Below the pieces are notes generated by a model, which worked only from the letters and a program-made list of their open reading frames with translations, was not told where the DNA came from and ran no database searches. The translations under genes and the position numbers were made by a program. Below, one piece after another: positions 1 to 11,434 of a DNA stretch of 56,150 bases (position 1 is its first letter; each line of letters starts with the position of its first letter). Origin of the DNA: Vitrella brassicaformis CCMP3155 (lineage: Eukaryota > Protista > Chromerida); contig CDMY01000536.1 of the NCBI GenBank assembly GCA_001179505.1, positions 1 to 56,150 of the forward strand. Reading direction: 5' to 3'.

Positions 1-598
1 GGTGACGAGAGGAGCCGACGCCATCACTCTCAGCAACGATGGGCTGACGACTGAGCCTGAGAGGCAGAAGAGAAAGCGTCAGACATCAAAGAGTGATAGG
101 ACAAAGAGGCGCAAGGTGGACTAAGGAAGCAGAGAGTCCCACAGTGTTGTGTGTTGTGTGTGACTGACCCATCGGTTGGGAGAGTACACATGAGGCACCG
201 CTCCTGCTTCCAGATGGAACCGTTCATTGGTGGGTTGGCTCGGTTGCCGTCCTCCGACTGTCCAACAGACGCACACGTTTGGAAGAGTGAAGCTGAATCC
301 AACCCCTGGGTTTGAGGTTCAGGGTTTGACTAGGGCTTCGTGGTTCCTAGTGCTGTGTGCGAAGAGGGGTGTTGCGGAATGATACGCCCACAGGTTGGAG
401 AACAGTTATACGCGCCCTAGAGCCATGCGAATGCGAATGCGAAATGGCGGATAGATAGATGGACGGTTAGCGCCCGCTCTCCTTCTGTCTACCTGTCCCT
501 CCTTGCATCGGACAAAAGACTCTTGCGTGTTCCGTGAAGGCTCTTTGTGCTTGGTGTGCGTTAGCCGATACCTCGCTTGACCACTGTGTTACGCAACT
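1..598 (+). repeat. Copy A of a ~600-bp direct duplication (may extend left of the window)
   Basis: Matches 1747-2344 at offset 1746; about 17 substitutions and no indels by eye; similarity ends after ...GTTACGCAACT. Confidence 0.95.
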
Positions 599-798
599 AG
601 GGCGATGGCCGCCAGCGTGCAGACACATCGATGTATCAGACATGCTTGCATCGAATGAATGAGAGTCCCGAGAGAAATCAGCAGAAAACGCCGAATTCCG
701 TGTATCGGACACCAATGTTCGGCAATTGCAATTGGAGAAAAGCGACGGCCGCTTGCGTGCTGAACAGAGCGTAGAGCAGTGTGCCGTGAATAATCAGT

Positions 799-1404
799 GC
801 CTTCACCCTCACCCATGCCCTGGACTGCGCGAAGGGCGGGCTGGTGATACAGCGGCACAACGAGCTGCGGGACGTGATCGGCGACGTCGGCAGGATGGCC
901 TTTGGGGCAGGGAGCGTCCACAAGGAGGTGGTGTTGAAGGAGGGGGATGGGCAGGGGAGGGAGGGGGTCAGGACGGACCTGGTGATCCGAGGTGTGTGGG
1001 ACCGCCAGAGGGATGCATCGTTCGACGTGTGCGTTACTAACGCTGATGCTCCCTCTTACGGCAACCGCCCCACGCGATCCATCCTGGCGACGCACGAGCG
1101 CAGTAAGAAGAACAAGCATGTGCGCGTCTGCGAGGACCTGTCCATGACCTTCACCCCTCTGGTCGTCACCGTCGATGGGGTGTGGGGGAGGGAGGCGGAG
1201 CACTTCTTCACCCGCTTGACTGAGCAGCTGTTGACGAGGCAGGGGTGGTCAGATAGGGGGCGAGGGCGGGTGCATGGGTGGCTGCGTGCTCGTTTGTCTG
1301 TTGCATTGGTGCGGGCTGCTAGCCTGTGTTTGAGGGGCGGGAGGCAGTCATGGCGTGGTGTTGGGGCGATGGACGGGGCTGGGGTGTTCTCATCGGATGA
1401 GTGA
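799..1404 (+). mobile_element. 5'-truncated 3' fragment of an RLE-type (CRE-like) non-LTR retrotransposon ORF
   Basis: Frame 802-1404 reads FTLTHALDCAKGGLVIQRHNELRD (end of zinc knuckle), then RTDLVIRG..FDVCVT..HERSKKNKH (PD-(D/E)xK-like endonuclease), then FTPLVVTVDG and WLRARLSVALVR. In-frame TGA at 787-789 and no RT domain upstream. Confidence 0.8.
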
Positions 1405-1417
1405 GCGTGCCCTTTGT

Positions 1418-1717
1418 NNNNNNNNNNNNNNNNNNNNNNNNNNNNNNNNNNNNNNNNNNNNNNNNNNNNNNNNNNNNNNNNNNNNNNNNNNNNNNNNNNN
1501 NNNNNNNNNNNNNNNNNNNNNNNNNNNNNNNNNNNNNNNNNNNNNNNNNNNNNNNNNNNNNNNNNNNNNNNNNNNNNNNNNNNNNNNNNNNNNNNNNNNN
1601 NNNNNNNNNNNNNNNNNNNNNNNNNNNNNNNNNNNNNNNNNNNNNNNNNNNNNNNNNNNNNNNNNNNNNNNNNNNNNNNNNNNNNNNNNNNNNNNNNNNN
1701 NNNNNNNNNNNNNNNNN
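1418..1717. other. Assembly gap (300 N)
   Basis: Run of N. Confidence 1.
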
Positions 1718-1870
1718 GCCTCACAGCACGCGAAGTTGACGTGCATGGTGACGAGAGGAGCCGACGCCATCACTCTCAGCAACGATGGGCTGACGACTGA
1801 GCCTGAGAGGCAGAAGAGAAAGCGTCAGACATCAAAGAGTGATAGGACAAAGAGGCGCAAGGTGGACTAA
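1718..1870 (+). CDS. Possible 3' end of an unknown gene with a basic NLS-like tail (copy A equivalent ends at 124)
   Basis: Open frame ending ...RQKRKRQTSKSDRTKRRKVD-TAA, kept open in both copies; 5' part lies in the gap. Confidence 0.35.
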   Translation, partial: ASQHAKLTCMVTRGADAITLSNDGLTTEPERQKRKRQTSKSDRTKRRKVD

Positions 1871-2344
1871 GGAAGCAGAGAGTCCCACAGTGCTGTGTAG
1901 TGTGTGTGACTGACCCATCGGTTGGGAGAGTACACGTGAGGCACCGCTCCTGCTTCCAGATGGAACCGTTCATTGGTGGGTTGGCTCGGTTGCCGTCCTC
2001 CGACTGTCCAACAGACGCACACGCTTGGAAGAGTGAAGCAGGATCCAACCCCTGGGTTTGAGGTTCAGGGCTTGGCTAGGGCTTCGTGATTCCTAGTGCT
2101 GTATGCGAAGAGGGGTGTTGCGGACTGATACGCCCACAGGTTGGAGAACAGTTATACGCGCCCTAGAGCCATGCGAATGCGAATGCGAAATGGCGGATAG
2201 ATAGATGGACGGTTGGCGCCCGCTCTCCTTCTGTCTGCCTGTCCCTCCTTGCACCGGACAAAAGACTCTTGCGTGTTCCGTGAAGGCTCTTTGTGCTTGG
2301 TGTGCGTTGGCCGATAACTCGCTTGACCACTGTGTTACGCAACT
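1747..2344 (+). repeat. Copy B of the ~600-bp direct duplication
   Basis: Direct match to 1-598. Confidence 0.95.
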
Positions 2345-2529
2345 TCAGCGACGTTCTCTTGCGCGCTCTTGGCCGGTCGCGGACGAATGAACAAAGGGAT
2401 TTGATTCATTGCACAGGTCATCTTTGGGCGCATCGATGTCACAGAATCACTGTTCTGCCCAATCAATCAGGCCCCTTGATCAAAACTGCCCCACACTTCC
2501 ATTGCTCATGTGTGCTTGCAAGCCATGCA

Positions 2530-5500
2530 TCAGCCGGCCTGTTCAAGGGCATCCTGCAAGTGTTGCGCAGTGTGGGACACAGGGAGGGCATCGCACAGGC
2601 GAACGATGTACTCGCATTCATGGATGGCCATGGTGGCAAGTGTGTGTGTGTGTGTGTGCGTACCTGCATGACCTTGACGCGTTTGAGCACCACGAGCGCC
2701 TCCGGCTTGCGGCCGGCACGGCTCAACGAGGCAGCAACCTGATTGAGTTAACCCCACACACACAAGGCAGGAGGAGCAGCGCCAACCGATGGATGCTACG
2801 GCCATCCTTGTGTGAGTGTGTGTGTGTGTGTGTGTTGGGCCTACGTGTTTGTCTCGTGTGACGGCCTGTCTGTTGGCCTCGACGTACTGGTCGAAGGTGA
2901 GGTCCCCCTCCTGTATGGCGTTCATGAGCTTCTCCATCCGGGCCTGCGTGGCCTCCAGCAGCGACGCCAACGCATCAGCGTCCGACACGACACCCGTATA
3001 CCACTTGTTGTCCAGCAGGTCCTCACACACCTGCACATATACCCAGAACACACACACACGATCGGCATTAATTGTGCAGATGTGGGTGTGGGTGTGGTGT
3101 GGTTGGCTGACCTCCACGCTGACGATGTGGTGGCTTGCGAAAGGCTCGTTCATCACGTCTGACGCGTCGGCGAGTTGCAGCAGATTTGGGAGGGCGGCGG
3201 TTGCAGGTTCTTCGGGCTGATGCTGGGCGGGCGGCTGGGCCGCTGGGGTGCCGTTGACGGGAGCTGACGGGCCTTGCTGCGATGGGACTGGCTGAGCCGC
3301 AACAGGCTCAGGCGCCTCAGCTGCAGAAATGGGGACGAACACATCCACAAACCACCACCCACCATGAGGTCACATGACCTTCCCCCTCCCTCACCATACC
3401 TTGCTCCTTGTCGTCCTCTGCGGCGGCCATGGCCAGCCTGCCGTTGTCCCCCACCTGCACACGGAACTGCCTCAGCGACACGGGCAGGGGCTCCACACAC
3501 GTCGTCCAGGTGAGGGTGGTAGGCCGGACGTCCCGCCCGCAGAGAGGCTTGCGCATGGCGAATGAGACGCGGCAGGGCAGGTAGAGGCGCTCCTGGCCCG
3601 CCGCTGGATGTGAGGGGACCAGCCAGCACTGGTAGGACACCTCGCACCGGCTCTTGAGGCTGTCGAACTTGAGGTCACGGGGGCGGTGCATCTTGGCGTA
3701 GCCCTTGTACCTGCACACAGTCACGGCTCCGTGACAGACAGTGGAACACCACACCCTCGATAATGCTCGTTGGCAAGCTGACTCTCACCCTCTGAGTGCG
3801 GTCAGGAATCGCGGCCTGCGGATCTCCACTGTGGCCCTGCTGCGCGCCACGTACCTCTCGAGCATGGAGTCCTTGACGTCACCCACGGCGAAGTCACACA
3901 CACCCACCCACACGTCGTCGCCTGGCTTGTCCTGTCCGCCCCAGCAGCTGTCGACGGGCCGCGTCTTCTGCCGCTCGATCACTGACCTGTCCTCCGTCAT
4001 GTCCACCTCAACCTCCATCGGCTGCGAGGGCGGGAACCCCAGGTTGACCACCAAATGGCCGCCACTGGGGGGTGCGAGGAAGTCGTCGTCTTTGGGGCGG
4101 TCGAAGACGGAAGATGGCGCAATTTCCTCTGTCTCCTGCTCCCTCTCTGCGTCAGGGTCCCGAAGCAGATGCAGTTTGCCGACCTTGACGGTGACGCGCA
4201 TGGTCTCGTCGGGGATGTCCTCCAGCTGCACTTCCTGGGTGACGGTGAGGTTGATGGTGGTCGTCTGGGGCGGCGGCTGCAGCGAGTCCTTGACGGCCTT
4301 CTCACACCACCTGACGCACACACGATAAGAATAATGGGCATGGGTGGGCGTGTGTGTGTGAGTGTGTGGTTATCCATCCATTACTTTGCGAATTCGTCGA
4401 ACTTGAGTCGGTATGTGTTGTGCAGCCTTGCCTCGTCCTCGCGCTTGGGATCAGACCGCAGACATGACAGCGCCCTGAATACAACACACCACACCACACC
4501 ACAACACACCACTCAGCCACCCCCCTCAGCAGCCCTCTCTTCCCCTGTCCTCGCCTCGCCCCCTCACCCACTCACCTCTCTCGGGCGTCCAGCCTCTGCT
4601 GATCAAACGTCTTGGCCAGCCCCCTGAGCTGTTGTTGCCTCTCCTCTTCACTCTGGCCCATGAGGATCTCCACCGAGGGAGACGGCGGGATCTCAGACAG
4701 GGGGGGCGCCTTGACGGCAGGGTCGGCGAGCCGGCTCCGCAGGTCCCTCAGCTGCTTGGCCACGCGCAGCAGCTCCACCGCCCGATGAGTGGCCAAGAAG
4801 TGACCTGTCTTCTGCCAGATGGAGGCCGCGTGCTGATACAGCGTCTGCACGCACACAGAGAAGCAGCGATGGATGGATGGAGGACTGCGTGGGTGCGGGG
4901 TGGGCGTCTGGTGTCTGTCGTGCCTGTCGTTTCTCAAGGCGGCTGAGCAGCTTGCGCCGGTCGGCGGTCATCTCCACTGCCACAGACTCCCCCTCATCCT
5001 GATCCATAGCATCGCCAGGAGCCCCAGCAGCAGATGAAGGCTGTGCCTGTGGCTGTGGGGGTGGCTGTTCGAACTCCTTGAGCTCGCTCTTCATGATCTG
5101 TACGCGACCCACCACCCGCTTGGCCTCCTCCAGCCGATCCATCTTCTTCAGCTGAACCGCGAGCTTCACGTCGGCCGACACCCGCCGCTTCACCTTAGCA
5201 ACGTACTCCTCTGGGCGCATCTGGCCGAACTGCGCGGCGTTCTGCAGCAGGGAGATCTTGAGCTTCGCCGCGCTGATCTCGTCCTCCAGGTCCTCCTTGG
5301 TCATGCCGGGAGGGGCATCCTTGTTGCCCTGCAGCAGGGCCGAATAGTCCACAACGGTCTTGTCGAGGACGGCGAGTGACTCCATGAGCCTAACGCTGCA
5401 GGGGAAGTCGAGCTCCATCTCAAGCTGCACACCCAGACCCTCTGACGACTGCGTCTTGGTGCGCTTGACTTGGGGATGGCCCTCCTGCACCGCGGGGGTG

Positions 5501-6072
5501 GCCTCCGGCTGCCCTTGCCCGTGGTCCTTCTCATGCTGGTGGTCGTGGCCAGGCTCAGTCGCCTCCGGTGTCTCCTCGCCTGCCCCTTCGCCAGCCATCT
5601 CTCTCCACTCGTCGAGCAGGTCTTCATCTTCCAGATCGTCTGCAGTCAACGTGGCCACCTGGTCGGCACTGCCGCTCGCTCCCTGCGATGTGATCCTGTT
5701 GGCGAGTGCTCCAGCCGAGTCGATCTGCTTCTGCAGCGCCGCCAGAGCGCCCTCGGGGCTGTGCTCGATGTCATGCACGTCTTCCATGTCCTCGTCTGCC
5801 CATCCCATCGCTCGCTGATCGAAGTGAACAAGTCAAGGTGGGAAGCAAAACGCACACACGATGATGACATCGATGCGCAAGTGCGCCGTCGTATGTGTGG
5901 TTGCTATGCTGTGCTGTGTTGTGTCGTGTTGCCTTACGAGTTCTCGTTCGAGCTCTGTTTCGTCCGCCTTGACTTGCTGTTGCTTGAGCAGGTGCGCCGG
6001 GTCTTTGGTGAAAGGCGCCAGATCTTCAGGCGCCCTCTTGGCCTTTGGCCGCGATGCTGTCGCCGTCGCCAT
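2530..6072 (-). CDS. Multi-exon coiled-coil/C2-domain protein, CC2D1/Lgd-like
   Basis: Spliced GT-AG exons from MATATASRPK to DALEQAG-TGA. Contains an LTADDLEDEDLLDE motif, C2-like beta region (MRVTVKVGKL..., LKFDSLKSRCEV, RVSFAMRKPL) and two helical G-x6-YV modules. Confidence 0.7.
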
Positions 6073-6429
6073 CGCCGTGCTTCACACAGAAACAAAGATC
6101 CGCTCCTCTCCTTCCTCCCTGCCACCCGAGCTCGCAAACAGAGGAAGATCGTTTCGATAAGCACGCCTCTGTGAGGACTGTTGAGTGGGCATACGAACAG
6201 GTACACGGCTCATAGTGACTCGACATATTGTGAAAGAAGCATTTCGTGGAGGACAGACAATCCCGCAGTCTCTTCGTCATCAACAGCCGTCAATCCAGTG
6301 CATTGCAAGGGACACGAGATCAGGCGCCATCCACCCACATACCCATAGTCTCATCCGTCACGCACACACACACACACACTCCCTGTCTCGTTCTCTGTCA
6401 GGCAGGCTGTCGGTCTTTGTGTGTCGGTC

Positions 6430-6631
6430 TGTCCGTCTGTCTGTGAGCCCCCCGTGTGTGACGGATGCATCGACGAGAGATCAGACACTCTCGAGAGCAA
6501 ACGTCAGACCCCGGCTACCAACGGACAGACGGCAGCCCAAACACCGCACCACACAGCGGCTCTCTGTGCAGCCAATCAGCCAATCGTCCCCCCCTCTCTC
6601 TCTCTGGCTGTCTGTCTGTCTGTGTCTGTCT
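6430..6631 (-). repeat. Left arm of an inverted repeat pair (runs into the gap)
   Basis: Reverse complement of ~9440-9625; 56-bp core 6454-6509 matches 9542-9597 with one mismatch. Confidence 0.9.
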
Positions 6632-6931
6632 NNNNNNNNNNNNNNNNNNNNNNNNNNNNNNNNNNNNNNNNNNNNNNNNNNNNNNNNNNNNNNNNNNNNN
6701 NNNNNNNNNNNNNNNNNNNNNNNNNNNNNNNNNNNNNNNNNNNNNNNNNNNNNNNNNNNNNNNNNNNNNNNNNNNNNNNNNNNNNNNNNNNNNNNNNNNN
6801 NNNNNNNNNNNNNNNNNNNNNNNNNNNNNNNNNNNNNNNNNNNNNNNNNNNNNNNNNNNNNNNNNNNNNNNNNNNNNNNNNNNNNNNNNNNNNNNNNNNN
6901 NNNNNNNNNNNNNNNNNNNNNNNNNNNNNNN
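6632..6931. other. Assembly gap (300 N), followed by a poly-C run
   Basis: Run of N. Confidence 1.
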
Positions 6932-6974
6932 CCCCCCCCCCCCCCCCCCCCCCAAACACACTCAGATCAGTGAG

Positions 6975-7482
6975 TCACGATCCTTGAACCAAAGAACTCT
7001 GGACAGCCTCTGTCGACAGCCCGTCAGTCTGCCTTTCAGACGCCACACGGAAGACGGCCCCCACGGGCAGATGGTCGCTCCCATACTTCCAGTTGGGCAG
7101 CAGCCAGTCCCTAACGTCCTTCATGTCAGCTTCACATATCCTGTACACGCGCACCTGCACCAAACACAAACACAACACACCAGCCAAAACGGTGTGTGAG
7201 TGTGTGTGTGTGTGTGTGCCAGTGGTCAGGTGCTTTTTGTCACCTTCTCGAGGGCGTTGGTGTGGAAGACGAAGTCCACGGGGCCGATGTAGCGCCGCGA
7301 CCTGTAGGTGGGCGGGCAGTCCTGCTCGGTGGCACCGTAGGCATTGCTGAAGCGATAGGGGGAGTGGAAGTCCTCCTCGTCGTTGATGCACTCATCGCCG
7401 CTCTGCCACGGCTCACGCGCACCCTGGAACACACCACAGGCACACACACAGACAGAAACACGGACGTGGATGCGATTCTCTG

Positions 7483-7520
<38 letters not shown>

Positions 7521-8555
7521 TGTGTGTGTGTGTGTGTGATGTGTGGTTTGCTGCCCGCACTCACCTTTTGCATGATTCCGTTTCTGAGCAGGCCGAATAG
7601 AGCGCTGCTGGGCGAGCTGTTGAAGTCGCCCGTGATGATGATGCTCGCCTCGCTCTCCGATAGAGTGGGCTGCAGCTTGCCCACGAGCGGATGCATCTGC
7701 TTGATCAGTGACCGACACTGCTGAAACCGCTCCTTGGACTTGGCGGGATCTGCCCGCACACACACACACACACACACAGCGTGGTGTGCTGTGTGGTGGG
7801 TGCCGTCTGGTTTAGTCTACTCACCCCCTTCTAAGTGGACGTTGGCGAGCAGGACAAGTGGGCCATCTCCGGCGGTTTTCAGCCTGAGAGCGAGCAGCAT
7901 GGCCCGTGACCGACTCGTCACATCCAACACCTCCACCCTATCAGGCTTGTAGAACACCGCATTGGCAGTGGGAAACCGTTTCCTGCACACACACACACAC
8001 ACGCACAGAGAGAGAGAGAGAGAGAGAGAGATTCACATCAGCCCTCTTCTAGCACACGGTAGTTTCCCCCACCCACCCACCCACTCACCTGTTCTTGCCG
8101 TTGCCCTGCAGAATGCCGACATAGCCGTTGTCCTCGAAGAACGGGGCGATCTCGTCGTCATACTTGTCAAGATCCACCTCTTGCAGACACAACACATCAG
8201 CGCCGCTCGACACAGCCAGCTCCCTCAGCCGCCTCCAGCGGTAGTCCCAGGCCAGATACTCACGAGGTACCCACCGATAGATCCCATTCTTGTTGAAGTT
8301 GCGGCGCGTATACGAGTCGGCCAAGAGGTTCTGCGACAGGACAGAGATCTCACCGTGGCCAGCCTGCAGGACATCGGCAGCACCAGCGCCTGTGTCCTCG
8401 CCCATCCGCCGCTGGATCCGTGCCTGCTGTCCCCGTAAGCTGAGGAACCGCATCGTCCGGGCGAAGAGCTCAGCGGGCAGCCCCCAGACCCTTGACAACA
8501 GAGAGTGCCGCCGGTTGGGTGGCTCTTGAGCTCGTCTCGACAGCAGCAGTCCCAT
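6975..8555 (-). CDS. CCR4/nocturnin/Angel-like endonuclease-exonuclease-phosphatase (EEP), about 5 exons
   Basis: EEP motifs SQNLLAD, ADVLCLQEVD, LANVHLEG, IITGDFNSSP, VDFVF, YGSDHLPVGAVF; ATG at 8555 (MGLLLSRR) is the likely start; TGA at 6975. Confidence 0.88.
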
Positions 8556-8729
8556 AGATGAGCCTCGATGAAAGGTAATGTGACGTGAGATGCCTCGTCG
8601 TTGAAGGTGAAAGATGGAGCGTCGGTGATCTCGGTGTGGCACGACAGATCGCAGAGCGTTGCAGATAAGACAGGGAAAGAGGAGAGAGGGGAGAAATAGC
8701 TGAGCGTTCTGTCGCCCCATCTCTCCCGC

Positions 8730-8752
8730 AGGGTTTTTCGGGTCCAGGGTTT
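8730..8752 (-). promoter_or_regulatory. Two AAACCCT telo-box-like motifs about 175-200 bp upstream of the EEP gene
   Basis: AGGGTTT at 8730-8736 and 8746-8752; regulatory role is inferred. Confidence 0.3.
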
Positions 8753-9000
8753 GGCTGACTCCCGTAAGCCTCGAAGAGTGATCCTGTTAGCGCTGGATCT
8801 GCCACCGAGTGCCGCGCAAGACGACCCGCGTCAAGAGGCGGCGTGCGGAGGAGGGTAAGTGTCACAGATGAGGAGGCAACGGACGCGCTTGCGTCCCTGG
8901 CGGGAGGGCAGATGCTCGCTTCCTTCTTCAACAAACTCTCAGTGGCCATGCAGAGCGAAGGTCAGGTGCTGCACAGCGAACTCTTCGAACAGTCCACGAA

Positions 9001-9120
9001 CGGTGTGCGGCGGTCTGATGATGGACTTATGTGTCTGCGAGCAATGGTACACCGACAGACACAGAGAGAGAGAGGGACACACAGACGGACGGAGAGGGCA
9101 GGGCGATGACGTCTGTGTGT
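9001..9120 (+). repeat. 120-bp direct repeat, copy 1
   Basis: Matches 10132-10251 with one mismatch. Confidence 0.95.
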
Positions 9121-9439
9121 CTGTGTCAGGTGTGACTGGTGTGCTGATTCACTCGCTGGAACAAAGCCAGACGACGGCCGAGTGGCTGCCGCTGTGAGAT
9201 CGGCCGATGAGTCGACGAGCTGATGTGAGTGAACTGACTGTCTCTCTCTCCGCATGGACGGCATGGATGGACTGGCGGCTGTCGTGTTTATGAGAGTGTA
9301 TTGCATTGTGTTGTGTTGTGTTGTGGGGCTTTGCGTGTCGGTCGGTCTGGCTGTCATTGTCATATCTCGTCTGTGCCACACTCCTCAGCCGTCAGCTGCC
9401 ATGAGTGTGTCGGCCGATGAGTGGGGGGCGGGGGAGAGA

Positions 9440-9625
9440 TGACAGACAGACAGACAGACAGAGAGGGATGAGTGGCTGGCTGGCTGCACAAAGGAATCGC
9501 TGTGTGGGGTGGCGGGGGCCGTCTGTCCGTCAGTCAGCTCAGTCTGACGTTTGCTCGCGAGAGTGTCTGATCTCTCGTCGATGCATCCGTCACACACCGC
9601 CGGCTCACAGACAGACAGACAGACA
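9440..9625 (+). repeat. Right arm of the inverted repeat pair
   Basis: Reverse complement of 6430-6631; core 9542-9597. Confidence 0.9.
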
Positions 9626-9821
9626 CACAAATAGTCTGCCTGGCTGAGAGAGAGAGAGCGAGAGAGAGTATCTTGTATCCTGTTGTGAGTCCCCCCCTCC
9701 TCTCTCTGTGGGCCATCTTTAGCGTCTGGGCGACCGCAGAGCGTCAGCCCACGAAGGGTGTTGGTGCTTTAGGGTTGCCGGGCGGCGATAAAGATGCGCG
9801 GGAGAGGGAATGGACAGACAG

Positions 9822-9856
<35 letters not shown>

Positions 9857-10131
9857 TCTGTCTGTTTGCCTGTCTGTCTGCCTGCCTGCGTGTCATGTGT
9901 GGCACACACACGAGTGTTTTGTCTGTTTGGTGGCGATGATGTGTGCTGAAGAGAGAAAGATCGGCCGATGCGCCGACTCCTGCTGCCCAATACGGACTGA
10001 CTGACTGGCTGGCTGGGCTGAATCTCTCTCTCTGCCTGGCCCTTTGTCTCTCTCTCGTGGCCCTTTGGCGTGTGGGTGTCGGTCGTCGACTGACGGTCGA
10101 CAGCAGGGCAACACGAGAGCTCATAATGCGG

Positions 10132-10251
10132 CGGTGTGCGGCGGTCTGATGATGGACTTATGTGTCTGCGAACAATGGTACACCGACAGACACAGAGAGA
10201 GAGAGGGACACACAGACGGACGGAGAGGGCAGGGCGATGACGTCTGTGTGT
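10132..10251 (+). repeat. 120-bp direct repeat, copy 2
   Basis: Matches 9001-9120. Confidence 0.95.
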
Positions 10252-10945
10252 GTCTGTGTCTCTGTGTGTGTGCTGTGTCTGCATTTGGTGTGCAGTGTTG
10301 CTGGCCGGCTTCAACGCACAGGACAGAGCGGTGCAGGCGCTGATTTTGTCGATCCTTTTTCCGTCCAAGGAGGCCTTCGATGCCGCTGTTGATGAGGCCA
10401 GTATCAGCCTGCAGCCCGCCCCGTCACCAGACCCACCTGCCCAGCTGATGCCGACGCCCGGCGAGCTACCCATCCCCCGCGACGCGCCGCGCCGCTCCAA
10501 GCGCAGCACCAGGGGCGAGAGGAAGGCGATACCGGGAGGAGGTCCAGGGGTCTGAAGGAGATAGAGGCAGGGATGGAGGAAGGAGGCTGGTGGGGGAGAC
10601 GATGCCCTCATTCATCGAAGCTGATGAAACAGACAGCGAATGTTGGCAGTCTGAGTGATTGGACACTTTCGTGTAGATGTGTGCGTGGCTTTGTTGCAAA
10701 GATTCGTCCTTCCATACTTGAGGCAGTCAGTGGGGAGGCAGGGAGAAGGACGAGTGGAAGCGGCCTTATGCGATGGTAAGATGCTTGTCGTTGACACGCT
10801 TGGAAAAGCACAGCTTAATAGCCTCGCGGCTTGGAGTGGTGCCGTCAGGTTACGCTGCTGTGCGATACAGACAGACAGCCAGCCACAAATGCACAGAAGC
10901 GTGTCCACATCTGGGGTGGACGGGCACAGTGCGTGAAGGGGGACA

Positions 10946-10983
<38 letters not shown>

Positions 10984-11434
10984 TGTGGTGCTGACTTGTG
11001 TGGGGAGTAGTTGCAGTTGGAGTAGTTGATGGAACTGCATCAGCTGCTGGTGCTTCATCTGCTGCTGGAAAGAAGAGTGACTGAGATGTATGCGTGGCTA
11101 CTGCAGTGTGTTGACTGCTGATGTTATGACCGGGCGGCTCTGCCTGTGCAGGCCTGTGTGAATATATTGTGCTACAACATGGATTTGGATCAGTCAGTCA
11201 GCTGCTCTGTACAAAATCCGCCACGATCCATTCTCCAATCTACCGACACACACACGTCATCTCATCCCATGCAAGCGATACACATCCATCCATCCATCAG
11301 TCTTTCTCACACACACACTCAGGCTCTCAATCTGTCGGCCCACCGCACTCTCACCACCCCACACCAGACCACACCAAACCACCCCGCCCGTCGATATACC
11401 CACCGACCGACCGACCGACCATCCCCTTGTTAAT

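Larger units (their letters stand above)
8843..10555 (+). other. Possible rearranged or fragmentary gene: exon-like pieces with a duplicated exon/donor junction
   Basis: Open frame 8843-9045 ends at ATG|GTACAC; same junction repeated near 10176; exon-like 10299-10555 (AVQALILSILFPSKEAFDAAVDEAS). No coherent full model could be built. Confidence 0.25.

Noticed and set aside
1056-1870. ORFs spanning the N gap (also 6185-7199)
   Set aside because: Artefacts of translating N.
6932-6954. Poly-C run as a G4 element
   Set aside because: It abuts the gap and is likely a low-quality contig end.
6430-9625. Autonomous DNA transposon with terminal inverted repeats
   Set aside because: No transposase inside, no target-site duplication visible, and the arms fade into microsatellites. 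Kept only as an inverted repeat.
10600-11430. Possible small gene (MKHQQLMQFHQLLQ and nearby ORFs)
   Set aside because: Short, low-complexity, with no consistent splice model or motif.
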